Source: Spirochaetia bacterium (GTDB lineage Bacteria; Spirochaetota; Spirochaetia; CADAEX01). Taken from it: a DNA stretch of 64,000 nucleotides. The position numbers and the translations under genes were made by a program. Positions 20,101 through 28,442 of the stretch are shown here, one piece after another. Below the pieces are notes generated by a model. It was not told the DNA's origin. It searched no databases and saw only the letters and a program-made list of their open reading frames with translations. How positions within the stretch are numbered: position 1 is the stretch's first letter; every line of letters starts with the position of its first letter. The stretch lies in NCBI GenBank assembly GCA_963662795.1, contig OY759746.1, forward strand, positions 32,001 through 96,000. Direction: 5' to 3'.

Positions 20101-20719
20101 CGGCGACGGATGGGCTTATGACATCGGATACGGCGGTCTCGACCATGTTGTAGCTTCAGGTAAAAACGTAAATATCCTTGTTCTTGATACTGAAGTTTAT
20201 TCAAATACAGGCGGACAGGCTTCCAAATCAACACCGATCGGTGCTGTCGCAAACTTCGCTAACGCGGGCATGAGGCTTGCAAAAAAGAACCTTGGATTTA
20301 TGTGTATGAGCTACGGGTATGTATATGTCGCGTCTGTTTCCATGGGAGCCAACAGGTCCCAGGTAATAAAAGCCTTCGCAGAAGCTGAAGCGTATAACGG
20401 TCCGTCAATAATTATTGCATACGCTCCATGTATAGCGCACGGTATTGACATGTCAAAAACACAAACCGAGGAAAAACGGGCTGTTGATTGCGGCTACTGG
20501 CCTCTTTACAGATATAATCCTTCACTCGAACCGGGAAGCAGGTTTATCTGGGAAACAAAGGAACCAAAAGAAAGCTTCCAGGACTTTATCAGAAGCGAGA
20601 GAAGATATACATCTCTCTTTAAAACAGCTCCGGAAGACGCGGAAAAATTATTCGCTGAAGCTGAAGCTGACGCAAAAAGAAGAATGGGATTCTACAAGAA
20701 TCTCGGCGGACTTCTTTAA
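17189..20719 (+). CDS. nifJ: Pyruvate:ferredoxin (flavodoxin) oxidoreductase, single-chain
   Basis: 'AIYPITPSS', 'MQSEAGAAG', two CxxCxxCxxxCP ferredoxin motifs, 'FSGACAGCGE', TPP motif 'GGDGWAYDIG'. Confidence 0.97.
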   Translation: MAEKKMVTIDGNAAAAHVAYAFSEVAAIYPITPSSTMGEYADSWSSIGRKNVFGKTVDVIEMQSEAGAAGAVHGALSGGALTTTFTASQGLLLMIPNMHKIAGEMLPTVFHVSARSLAAQSLSIFGDHSDVMSVRNTGFALMAASSIQETMDLGVVSHLSTLKGQIPFLNFFDGFRTSHEIQKVEEFSYDAIKGLVEPEYIEKFRARGLKPENPVLKVGAQNPDVYFQGRETVNKYYDALPEIVQSYMDKVAKVTGRAYHLFDYVGAKDAEKVIIAMGSACDTIELTVKHLMAKGEKVGLLKIRLFRPFSVKAFLDAIPASCKKIAVLDRTKEPGAIGEPLFTDVSTALYGKDIKVIGGRYGLSSKEFTPSMVKAVFDHIDGKAFHNFTVGINDDVTNRSIPVTENIDVSPKDVINCIFWGLGSDGTVGANKNSIKIIGENTDMTAQAYFVYDSKKSGGITTSHLRFGKSSVNMPFLIDNANFVACHNPAYIGRYDMLGAIKAGGTFLLNSEYDSSVVFNHLSRQDQEQLINKKVKFFNINALKIAEESGLGGGRINTVMQAAFFKISGILPEDEAIKLIKNSIKKSFSKKGEDIVKMNWDCVDKTSEALKEVKVPSSITESYTPPKLIRDDASVFAKNIIEPIMYLKGDGIPVSKMSFDGIIPTATTKLEKRGIAPRVPKWLMENCIQCNQCVMACPHAVIRAKQIAPEDIKNKPAGFETMASNTKNEKSLEYRIQVYIEDCTGCGVCVDVCPGKKQMKALEFSTLEKEREAGMTECANFFDKLPNNVMDGTSESNVKGIGFKQPLFEFSGACAGCGETPYVKMATQLFGENMIIANATGCSSIYGGTFPTIPYCKADNGRGPSWANSLFEDNAEYGFGMRLAVDNNRSLLKIKVENLLKAGTTQELKAALESALANWDKKDAEALAIQNKITSLLDPAYKAASGEAKEDLRKIIELKDYFVDKSVWIFGGDGWAYDIGYGGLDHVVASGKNVNILVLDTEVYSNTGGQASKSTPIGAVANFANAGMRLAKKNLGFMCMSYGYVYVASVSMGANRSQVIKAFAEAEAYNGPSIIIAYAPCIAHGIDMSKTQTEEKRAVDCGYWPLYRYNPSLEPGSRFIWETKEPKESFQDFIRSERRYTSLFKTAPEDAEKLFAEAEADAKRRMGFYKNLGGLL

Positions 20720-20747
20720 GCCGGCCGGAAGTTAATAGAATTAACAG

Positions 20748-20780
20748 AGACTGTCCTGATCTTCAGGGCAGTCTTTTTTT
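20748..20780 (+). terminator. Intrinsic terminator of nifJ
   Basis: AGACTGTCCTGA-TCT-TCAGGGCAGTCT stem followed by a T run. Confidence 0.85.
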
Positions 20781-20861
20781 CATTCTGATAGTTAACGGCA
20801 GCATAATCAGCCATATTTCAGATTCTTAAAAAGCAATAGGTTATTTATTTTCACATATACT

Positions 20862-21001
20862 ATTTTTCATCATGAGACCCTGATCATTCAGATGAGGAAA
20901 TAAAAAGAATTGAATCTGAATCCAGGGAGATTATTGCTAAAAATAATGCGGGCGTCAGGTATTTCGCCTGCCGGGAAGGCCAGGAAATAACACTTCCGTA
21001 A
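20862..21001 (+). pseudogene. C-terminal remnant of an MBL-fold metallo-hydrolase (RNase Z/phosphodiesterase-like)
   Basis: Manual translation gives IFHH[+2 nt 'GA']DPDHSDEEIKRIESESREIIAKNNAGVRYFACREGQEITLP*; FHHDP and A.EG..I.L are typical C-terminal MBL motifs; no start or HxHxDH region upstream. Confidence 0.6.
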
Positions 21002-21019
21002 AAAGATCGGGTATCTGGA

Positions 21020-23800
21020 TTAAATATTACCGGAAGTATTGTTATCAAATACTTTCCGGATTATTTCAGCTAATTTATCTTTTCCAACCGGTTTATATAA
21101 AACATAATTTATTCCTGTTTTTTCAATCATTTCATCCGAAATCAGACTGCTGTAGCCTGTGCATAGAATAATGGGTATATCAGGTCTTATTTTATGGATT
21201 TCAGACGACAGGATATCTCCTGAAAGGCCGGGCATTGTCGTATCTGTTATTACAAGATCAAAGCTGACGGGTGAATCTTTAAATATTTCAAGAGCCTCGA
21301 TACTGCTTGCTGATGAAGTTACCAGATAACCAAGCGATGATAAAATTTTATCCGACATTTTTACAATAGATAATTCATCATCAACAAACAGAATCCGTTC
21401 CCCTTTTCCGGCAGGAATATTATCGTACGCAATGTGATCGTTATTCTGCGTATCGCCGGATACAGGCAGGTATATGGTAAAAAGTGTTCCGTTACCCGGC
21501 TCACTATCAACAGTTATAACACCTCCAATGCTTTCAACTATTCCATGAACTACGGCCAGCCCCAAGCCTGTTCCAGTTGTGGATGTTTTCGTCGTAAAGT
21601 AGGGATCAAAAATAAAATCGCTTATCTCCGGGTCAATACCTTTACCTGTATCGTAAATTGCAATTTCAATGTATTTTCCTGAATCAAGGCTTTTCTTTTT
21701 AAATCCGGTGATCTGATCGAAATAAACGTCCTTTATTCCGACTTTTATGGTGCCGGTATTTTCTCCGATTGCCTGAAATGAATTTGTGCATAAATTCATG
21801 AAAATCTGATGGATTCTTGCAGGATTTCCCATAACGTGCGAATCACTGTCAATATTCTGCTGAATCTCTATAGTCGACGGAATAGTTGCACGTATCAGCT
21901 TCAGCACTTCCCCTGCAATTTTATCTACCCTGACAGGAACAATCTCATCCCCGGCCCGTCGGGCGAAAGTCAGTATCTGGCTTACAACTTCTTTTGCCCT
22001 GTTTCCTGCGGTCAGGACCTCCTTCAGATAATTTTCCAGATTTGACCCTTTGCCAGCCTCTTCAAGTGCAAGTTCTGTAAATCCTATTATTGATGTTAGT
22101 ATATTGTTGAAATCATGGGCTATACCGCCGGCAAGGATACCTATGGATTCAAGTTTTTGAGAATGCATAAGCTGTTTTTCCAGACTTCTTTTTGCCTCTT
22201 CATCTTTCCTTTGGCGGGTTATATCCTGTACAACACCTGCAATCTTTAAAGGTCTGCCTGAGTCATCTTTTACAATTTCGGCTATTGATTTGACAATCCT
22301 GCTGTCAGATCCTTCACAGGGGTGAATTTCAAATTCAATATCGTACGGTTTATTGTACTTTATCAAATCAATAAGTGCCTGATGAACCCTTTCCCTTTCA
22401 ATTATGCAGTTTTCAACTTCATCAACAGTAAATTTATCGCTATCCTTATTAAATCCGTATATTCTCCGTGCTTCATCTGAACCCCAGAATTTTTCATTTT
22501 GAATATCGTATTCCCAGTTGCCCACATGCCCCAAACTCTGTGCCTGAGTATACCGCTGTTCACTTTCCTTAAGAAATATCTCAGTTTTTTTCCTGTCAGT
22601 TATATCCCTCGCAATTCCCAGTATTCCAGTTATCATGCCTTCAGCATCCAGCATGGGTGTCTTGATTGTTTCAAATAACCCGTAGTAACCGTTTCCCTTA
22701 AAGGTAAGCCATTCCTCATTGACGCTGGAGACGCCTGCTTCCGCTGCCCTGCGGTCGTTATTCCTGAAAAAATCTGATGTCTCTTTGTCCATGAAATCAT
22801 AATCTGTTTTTCCGATAATTTCTGACTCTTTGGCACCGAAAAACCTTTCAAAAGCAAGGTTGCAGCTTAAATAAACACCGTTTATATCCTTAAGCCAGAT
22901 CAGGTCAGGTATTGTATTTATTAGAGTCCTGTGCCTGATATCCGACTGAATAAGGGCAGCCTCGCCGGATATCCTGCCTGTTACATTTCTGAAATATCCG
23001 ATCAGACCGTCTACGCCTCCGGCGGAATTTTTTACCGGGATGAAAGATCCTTCAAAGTATTCTATACCGCCTGAGGAAGAGACCAGGGGAACTTTTATAA
23101 ACTCGCTTTTTCCTGTTTCAATAACCTTTTTTTTAAGTGTGGTCAGGGTTTCGGCATCTTCCCTTTTCAGAAAATCGAAATCTGTTCTGCCTATCATGTC
23201 TTCTTGAGTAAGCCCCAGCTGCGGATTGATGACCCAAAGGTAGCGCAGGTCCCTGTCATTATAAATTACATGGTCAGGTGTATTAGTCGCAAGTATTCTG
23301 AATTTTTCCTCGCTTTTACGAAGCTCCTCTTCTGCAATCTTCTGCTCAGTTACATCATTATATATTGTTACTACATCACCGGAAGAAATACGGAATATAA
23401 AATTTTCATAATAATTGCTGAAATTTTCATCAATGTATATTTTAACGGGAAAATAACCCGGAGTTCCTGTTTCCCAAACTTTTCTCATTGCAGATATAAG
23501 ACCGTATTCATCAATATTAGGCCTCAAATCAGAAAGACTTTTCCCCACAACTTCTGATAATGTTTTATTTTCTATTTTCAGGCTCATTTTATTGAAATTC
23601 CGGATTATATAATCCGATCCTTTACTGCCGTCATTTATTACTTTATAGATTGAACATCCGCTGGGCATGTTATCAAACAGGCCCCGGAAAAGAGCTTCAC
23701 TTTCAAGCAGTTCAATATTTGAAAGTCTGTGCTTATCAAGTTCAGATTCCGGATTTTTTATTTTATTATCATAATCCTGCAGGTTTTTTTTTCCGTCCAT
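21020..23800 (-). CDS. Cytoplasmic multi-PAS hybrid sensor histidine kinase/receiver
   Basis: About 4 PAS/PAC repeats, H-box 'LAGGIAHDFNNIL', 'FDPYFTTK', 'GTGLGLAVV', receiver domain 'VDDE..ITDTTMPG..KP'; no TM segment. Confidence 0.92.
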   Translation of the reverse strand: MDGKKNLQDYDNKIKNPESELDKHRLSNIELLESEALFRGLFDNMPSGCSIYKVINDGSKGSDYIIRNFNKMSLKIENKTLSEVVGKSLSDLRPNIDEYGLISAMRKVWETGTPGYFPVKIYIDENFSNYYENFIFRISSGDVVTIYNDVTEQKIAEEELRKSEEKFRILATNTPDHVIYNDRDLRYLWVINPQLGLTQEDMIGRTDFDFLKREDAETLTTLKKKVIETGKSEFIKVPLVSSSGGIEYFEGSFIPVKNSAGGVDGLIGYFRNVTGRISGEAALIQSDIRHRTLINTIPDLIWLKDINGVYLSCNLAFERFFGAKESEIIGKTDYDFMDKETSDFFRNNDRRAAEAGVSSVNEEWLTFKGNGYYGLFETIKTPMLDAEGMITGILGIARDITDRKKTEIFLKESEQRYTQAQSLGHVGNWEYDIQNEKFWGSDEARRIYGFNKDSDKFTVDEVENCIIERERVHQALIDLIKYNKPYDIEFEIHPCEGSDSRIVKSIAEIVKDDSGRPLKIAGVVQDITRQRKDEEAKRSLEKQLMHSQKLESIGILAGGIAHDFNNILTSIIGFTELALEEAGKGSNLENYLKEVLTAGNRAKEVVSQILTFARRAGDEIVPVRVDKIAGEVLKLIRATIPSTIEIQQNIDSDSHVMGNPARIHQIFMNLCTNSFQAIGENTGTIKVGIKDVYFDQITGFKKKSLDSGKYIEIAIYDTGKGIDPEISDFIFDPYFTTKTSTTGTGLGLAVVHGIVESIGGVITVDSEPGNGTLFTIYLPVSGDTQNNDHIAYDNIPAGKGERILFVDDELSIVKMSDKILSSLGYLVTSSASSIEALEIFKDSPVSFDLVITDTTMPGLSGDILSSEIHKIRPDIPIILCTGYSSLISDEMIEKTGINYVLYKPVGKDKLAEIIRKVFDNNTSGNI

Positions 23801-23894
23801 AAATGTATATGATACTCCGGTATTAAAGGATAATAAGAATTTTTTAATATACTTGAATTATAATACACAATTCCCGGTGAAACCAGCCTCTGCT

Positions 23895-25574
23895 TTATTC
23901 AGTAATTGTTATCTGACTGTATTCTTTTTTAAACAAAACGGTGGAATTTAATACGGGGACAAAAAACGCCAATTCACCAAGATCACGAATACCATTATGA
24001 AGATTTCTTTCAAGTTCTGAAGGAGAGTAAAGAAACCAGCCTTCAGCTGAATCTGCATCCGACTCCTCCATCAGCGCATAAAGCCCGAAATACTGGATAA
24101 TATCTTTCATAATACCAGTTAAGGGCTGGATATTTTCTTTTTCAAACAGATACCCTATGTAATCCTGCTGCAGGCGTATTATGTTTTCGATAGTAAGGTC
24201 ACAACAGTCTTGTATTTCTCCTGAAAATGGTTCAGATCCTTTGGTACTCAGACGGCTGCGCCCGGTTTCAGATATCCAGATCGCAAGTTCTGCAAAAAAA
24301 AGTGACGGATTTAATCCGGTATTTTCAAGCAGTAAAGAGAGCCAGGGAACAGCACACCCCTTATTATAGAATAGATCAAACGCTGAAGCTGTTTTTTCAG
24401 CCTGACGCAAATCAGATTCAGGAAAAGCAGGAGAAGAGAGGACAAGATACGGATCTTTTTTCTGATATTCCAGCCCCAATGCGTCAGCAGTCTCAAAAAG
24501 CCTCGTGCCGGGAAGCACGGCAAGAGGGAAAATATCAATATGGTTGGGCACCATTCCAAGAGCGAAATCGAGACTTTCAAGAAACCCTGAAAGAGTATCT
24601 CCCGGAAGCCCGTAGATAAGATCAAATCCGTAGGTGACACCTGCTTCGTGAAGATAAAGCACTTTTTTTTCAAAATCTTTTTTATTTATTGTACGGTTAA
24701 TGTTTGCAAGAACAGCCTTATGGGCGCTCTGCATTCCTATCTGAAGGGAGCATTTTAAACATGAGAAAAGCTCTGCCATTTCCCTGTCAAGGTATTCACT
24801 TCTTACCTCTATATTGTAATGAATCTCAGGGGCAGTATTCTGCATCATTACCAGCAGATCTTTGGCCCGTCTTTTATTGTGGTTGAATGTAGGATCAAGT
24901 ATGAAAATCTCTTTTACCCCTGAAGATGCAAACAACTCAAGTTCCCGCTGTATTTTTTCACGGGGAAACATCCTTACCGTATTATAACCGCGCGATTCAA
25001 AACAGAAATCACACTTGAACGGGCAGCCCCTCGACAATTCCCACAGCAATCCCGGATAGAGGCGCACATCAAGGGTACCGTCGAGATACGGGGAAGGGAG
25101 TTCATCAGGGCTGACCGGCAGAAGGGCCCGGTTATCGCCGGGTAAAGCACCTCCGGCAAGTATCCTGACTGCCTCTACTGAAATATTTTCACCTTCTCCT
25201 CCCAGGATAAAATCAAAATTACCGCATCCGTCGGTTTTAAAATCAGACGAAGAAGCGGTAGGTTCAGGTCCTCCGGCAAATACAACAAGTTCTGACTTTA
25301 TTTTTTTAAGGGCCCGGGCAATAAGCAGTATCTGCATCCGGTTCCAGAGATAAACAGAGAATCCTACACAGTCCGGATCAGTTTTTAAAATCATATCGAC
25401 AGATTCATCCACAGTCTGATCAAGATAAAGGTCTATAAGGAAAGGCTGTGCGATATCAGGAATTGCAGTCTTAACAGAGGAGGCGATCATTGCAGCTCCG
25501 AGAGGAACAGCACGGGATGATTTTTGAATATGTATTGAAACTAAAGCTATTTTAAGCGGGGCGGCGTTCTGCAT
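23895..25574 (-). CDS. B12-binding-domain radical SAM protein
   Basis: N-terminal B12-binding-like region ('GFSVYLWN', 'GGPEP', 'GEGE'); CxxxCxxC in 'SRGCPFKCDFC'; 'DLIYGLPG'. Confidence 0.88.
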   Translation of the reverse strand: MQNAAPLKIALVSIHIQKSSRAVPLGAAMIASSVKTAIPDIAQPFLIDLYLDQTVDESVDMILKTDPDCVGFSVYLWNRMQILLIARALKKIKSELVVFAGGPEPTASSSDFKTDGCGNFDFILGGEGENISVEAVRILAGGALPGDNRALLPVSPDELPSPYLDGTLDVRLYPGLLWELSRGCPFKCDFCFESRGYNTVRMFPREKIQRELELFASSGVKEIFILDPTFNHNKRRAKDLLVMMQNTAPEIHYNIEVRSEYLDREMAELFSCLKCSLQIGMQSAHKAVLANINRTINKKDFEKKVLYLHEAGVTYGFDLIYGLPGDTLSGFLESLDFALGMVPNHIDIFPLAVLPGTRLFETADALGLEYQKKDPYLVLSSPAFPESDLRQAEKTASAFDLFYNKGCAVPWLSLLLENTGLNPSLFFAELAIWISETGRSRLSTKGSEPFSGEIQDCCDLTIENIIRLQQDYIGYLFEKENIQPLTGIMKDIIQYFGLYALMEESDADSAEGWFLYSPSELERNLHNGIRDLGELAFFVPVLNSTVLFKKEYSQITITE

Positions 25575-25577
25575 GAA

Positions 25578-25829
25578 TTATTCTTTTCCCTTTTCACGTT
25601 CCTCTTCCTGCTCCTGCAGCATGCCGAGATAGAGATTTTCAACTTTATCCCTTGCCCATGGGGTACGCCTCAGGAATTTGAGACTTGATTTAACGGAAGG
25701 ATCACAATTAAAACAATTAATATCAATAATTATTCCAAGTTCTTCCCATCCGAAATAATCAACCAGGCTTTTTACCATCATCTCAAGGGTTACTCCGTGA
25801 AGAGGATTATCCGGCTGCTGAATACTCAT
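25578..25829 (-). CDS. VF530/DUF2132-family small putative DNA-binding protein
   Basis: '[47 protein letters not shown]'. Confidence 0.88.
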   Translation of the reverse strand: MSIQQPDNPLHGVTLEMMVKSLVDYFGWEELGIIIDINCFNCDPSVKSSLKFLRRTPWARDKVENLYLGMLQEQEEEREKGKE

Positions 25830-25970
25830 AATTTAATCTGCCTATGATTTATATTTTGATACATTCTATTATTTACCTGAATATTTTAAAAGCTAAAGTT
25901 AAAGATCCAATCCAAAAAAAATTAAATTATCAAAGATATATAAAAGCTTTCTGACAGTTCAGTTTAAAGA

Positions 25971-25999
25971 TTGACTCTTTCATATCACGTCTACATAAT
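25971..25999 (+). promoter_or_regulatory. Sigma70 promoter for the DUF2179 gene
   Basis: TTGACT-17 bp-CATAAT, 8 nt upstream of ATG 26008. Confidence 0.55.
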
Positions 26000-26007
26000 A
26001 GAAATTA

Positions 26008-26580
26008 ATGAACATACTAGGTGAACCTTTTTTCTCGTGGGTAATTCTTCCAATCCTGATTTTTTTTGCGAGAATTGCAGATGTTACAATCGGAACCATG
26101 AGAATTGTTTTGGTTTCCCGCGGTCATAAATATATTGCACCGCTGCTCGGTTTCTGCGAGGTGATGATCTGGCTTGTCGCTCTTACGAAAATAATGAAAA
26201 ACCTGGGAAATCCTTTAACTTACGTCGCCTACGGCGCAGGTTTTGCCATGGGAACCTATATAGGGATAACCCTTGAAGAGCGCCTTGCCATGGGAATGTG
26301 CGTTGTAAGGATCATTACAGGAAAAGAGGCCCATGATCTTGTAAAAAAACTGCGCAATGAAGGGTATGGGGTAACAGTAATCGATGCAGAAGGAAATTCC
26401 GGAGAAGTTTCGGTTTTTTACAGTGTAATAAGACGCGCATGTCTTCCAGGTTTTGTTAAAATTATTAAAGACTACAATCCGAAGGCATTCTACACGATCG
26501 AGGATGTCCGGTTTGTCAATGAAGGTTATTATCCCCTTGATAACCGCATCCAGCGCAGGCCTTTCCGGAAAGAAAAATAA
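26008..26580 (+). CDS. DUF5698/DUF2179 (UPF0316/YebE-like) membrane protein
   Basis: 'LIFFARIADVTIGTMR', 'YGAGFAMGTYIG', 'LRNEGYGVTVIDAEG', 'PKAFYTIEDVR'. Confidence 0.85.
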   Translation: MNILGEPFFSWVILPILIFFARIADVTIGTMRIVLVSRGHKYIAPLLGFCEVMIWLVALTKIMKNLGNPLTYVAYGAGFAMGTYIGITLEERLAMGMCVVRIITGKEAHDLVKKLRNEGYGVTVIDAEGNSGEVSVFYSVIRRACLPGFVKIIKDYNPKAFYTIEDVRFVNEGYYPLDNRIQRRPFRKEK

Positions 26581-26732
26581 CCCCGGTTAACCGGTATAAA
26601 CCCAGGAGCAGGAAACAGGATTCATGTATTCTTCATTTATAATATTTAACACAACATTGATTAAAAATTAATAATTTATATTTATGTTATTTACATGATA
26701 AAATACAGTAAAGTAATAAAAACAGGTGCAAT

Positions 26733-27506
26733 ATGGAAGGAATAAGGAACAAGAAGGCTTTCATCTGCGATATGGATGGGGTGATTTACCATGGCAACCA
26801 GATACTCCCGGGAGTTCATGAATTTGTCAAATGGCTTCAGAAAGAAGATAAAAAATTTCTTTTTCTGACCAACAGCAGTTCAAAAACACCCCGTGAACTC
26901 AGGGAAAAAATGCTCAGGATGGGTCTTGATATCAGAGAGGAACATTTTTACACAAGCGCACTTGCGACTGCAGCGTTTTTGAAAACCCAGAAAGAAAACG
27001 GCAGCGCCTATGTAATTGGAGATGCCGGTATATTGAATGCTTTATATAACGAAGGCTTTTCTGTTAATGATTCAAATCCCGACTATGTTGTTGTAAGTGA
27101 GACAGACAACTATAATTTCTCAAACTTAAGAAAAGCGGCAAAACTGGTGGCGGAAGGCGCCAAGCTTATCGGGACAAACCCGGACCTGTCCGACCCTTCC
27201 GAGAAAGGTATAATTCCCGCGACAGGTTCACTGATAGCGCCGATTGAACTTACAACCGGATGCAAGGCCTATTTTATAGGCAAGCCCAATCCACTGATGA
27301 TGAGAACAGCTTTAAAAATTTTAAACGCACAGAGGGAAGATACAATCATTGTCGGGGACAGAATGGAAACAGACATAATAGCAGGAATTGAATCTGAAAT
27401 AACCACAGTACTTGTCTTAAGCGGGGTTACAACAAGAGAAAATATGCTAAAATTCGCTTATAGTCCGAACTATATATTAAACGGAGTCGGCGATATCCCC
27501 GGGTAA
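26733..27506 (+). CDS. nagD: HAD-IIA hydrolase, NagD-like nucleotide phosphatase
   Basis: 'ICDMDGVIY', 'LTNSS', 'YTSALATA', 'GTNPD', 'GKPNP', 'VGDRMETDI', 'VLSGV'. Confidence 0.88.
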   Translation: MEGIRNKKAFICDMDGVIYHGNQILPGVHEFVKWLQKEDKKFLFLTNSSSKTPRELREKMLRMGLDIREEHFYTSALATAAFLKTQKENGSAYVIGDAGILNALYNEGFSVNDSNPDYVVVSETDNYNFSNLRKAAKLVAEGAKLIGTNPDLSDPSEKGIIPATGSLIAPIELTTGCKAYFIGKPNPLMMRTALKILNAQREDTIIVGDRMETDIIAGIESEITTVLVLSGVTTRENMLKFAYSPNYILNGVGDIPG

Positions 27507-27560
27507 AGTTCATTTGCTGTCAGATTCTGTTCCGGATACAATAATAATGAGGATAAAACC

Positions 27561-28442
27561 ATTAAAAACAAACTGAAAGGAACATTATCTGTCCTTGCCG
27601 GCGCATTCCTCTGGGGGACAACCGGAACATCGCAGGCGCTGCTCCCGGGAAACGCGGAACCTGCTTCGGTTGGAGCTGTAAGGCTTCTAACTGCCTCTTT
27701 CTTTATGCTGCTCTTTATGATAATTCTCAAAAAAAAGATTATCCCTGCGCTTCTCAAAAAAAAAGAGATTTATTTTTCTGCCATTGCTTTGACTGCATAC
27801 CAGCTCTTTTTTTTCTCCGGAGTAAAAATGACAGGAATCGCTGTAGGCACAATTACAATGCTTGGAAGCTCAACTGTATTCGCAGGAATTCTTGCCGCTC
27901 TCCTTATCAGGGAAAAACCTGAAAAAAGATGGTACCCGGCATCATTTCTTGCGATACTGGGATGCTTTATTCTGATCAGGGGAGGGGGAATTACTGTTAA
28001 CCCGAAAGGGATATTCTTTGCCCTGTGTTCAGGCCTTTCCTACAGCATGTTCTCGGTTCTGGTTAAGAAAATAATAACTCAATATCATCCATTTATGGTT
28101 ACGGCAGCTGTTTTTCTTTTCAGCGCTTTTCTTGCTCTGCCGGTTTTGTTTATCTATCCTCCGGTCTGGATTTTAAGCGCAAGAGGCGCAGCTGTTGCAG
28201 GATGGCTCGGTTTTTTTGGAACCGCACTTGCCTATATTCTCTACACCGGCGGGCTTAAAGAGATTAATGCATCATCTGCTGTAACACTTGCCCTTGCAGA
28301 GCCGGCCGCTGCCTCGCTTCTTGGTATATTCCTGATCGGAGAAAAGCTTACCTTTAATTCCTTTATGGGAGTTCTAATAATATTAGCCGGCCTTGCGTAT
28401 CTTTCGTTTCCCGGCAGAAGACGTCCTGATACCTATCTGTAA
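27561..28442 (+). CDS. EamA/DMT-family transporter; probable non-canonical ATT start
   Basis: The frame extends 48 codons upstream of the ORF-track start (27705) and includes TM1 'SVLAGAFLWGTTGTSQAL'; 'LALAEPAAA' in the second repeat; GAGGA lies 7 nt before ATT 27561. Confidence 0.8.
   Translation: MKNKLKGTLSVLAGAFLWGTTGTSQALLPGNAEPASVGAVRLLTASFFMLLFMIILKKKIIPALLKKKEIYFSAIALTAYQLFFFSGVKMTGIAVGTITMLGSSTVFAGILAALLIREKPEKRWYPASFLAILGCFILIRGGGITVNPKGIFFALCSGLSYSMFSVLVKKIITQYHPFMVTAAVFLFSAFLALPVLFIYPPVWILSARGAAVAGWLGFFGTALAYILYTGGLKEINASSAVTLALAEPAAASLLGIFLIGEKLTFNSFMGVLIILAGLAYLSFPGRRRPDTYL

Noticed and set aside
20804-20817. 14-mer TAATCAGCCATATT shared with the palindrome arm at 39993-40006
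   Set aside because: Several chance 14-mer matches are expected in 64 kb of AT-rich DNA, and the flanks do not align
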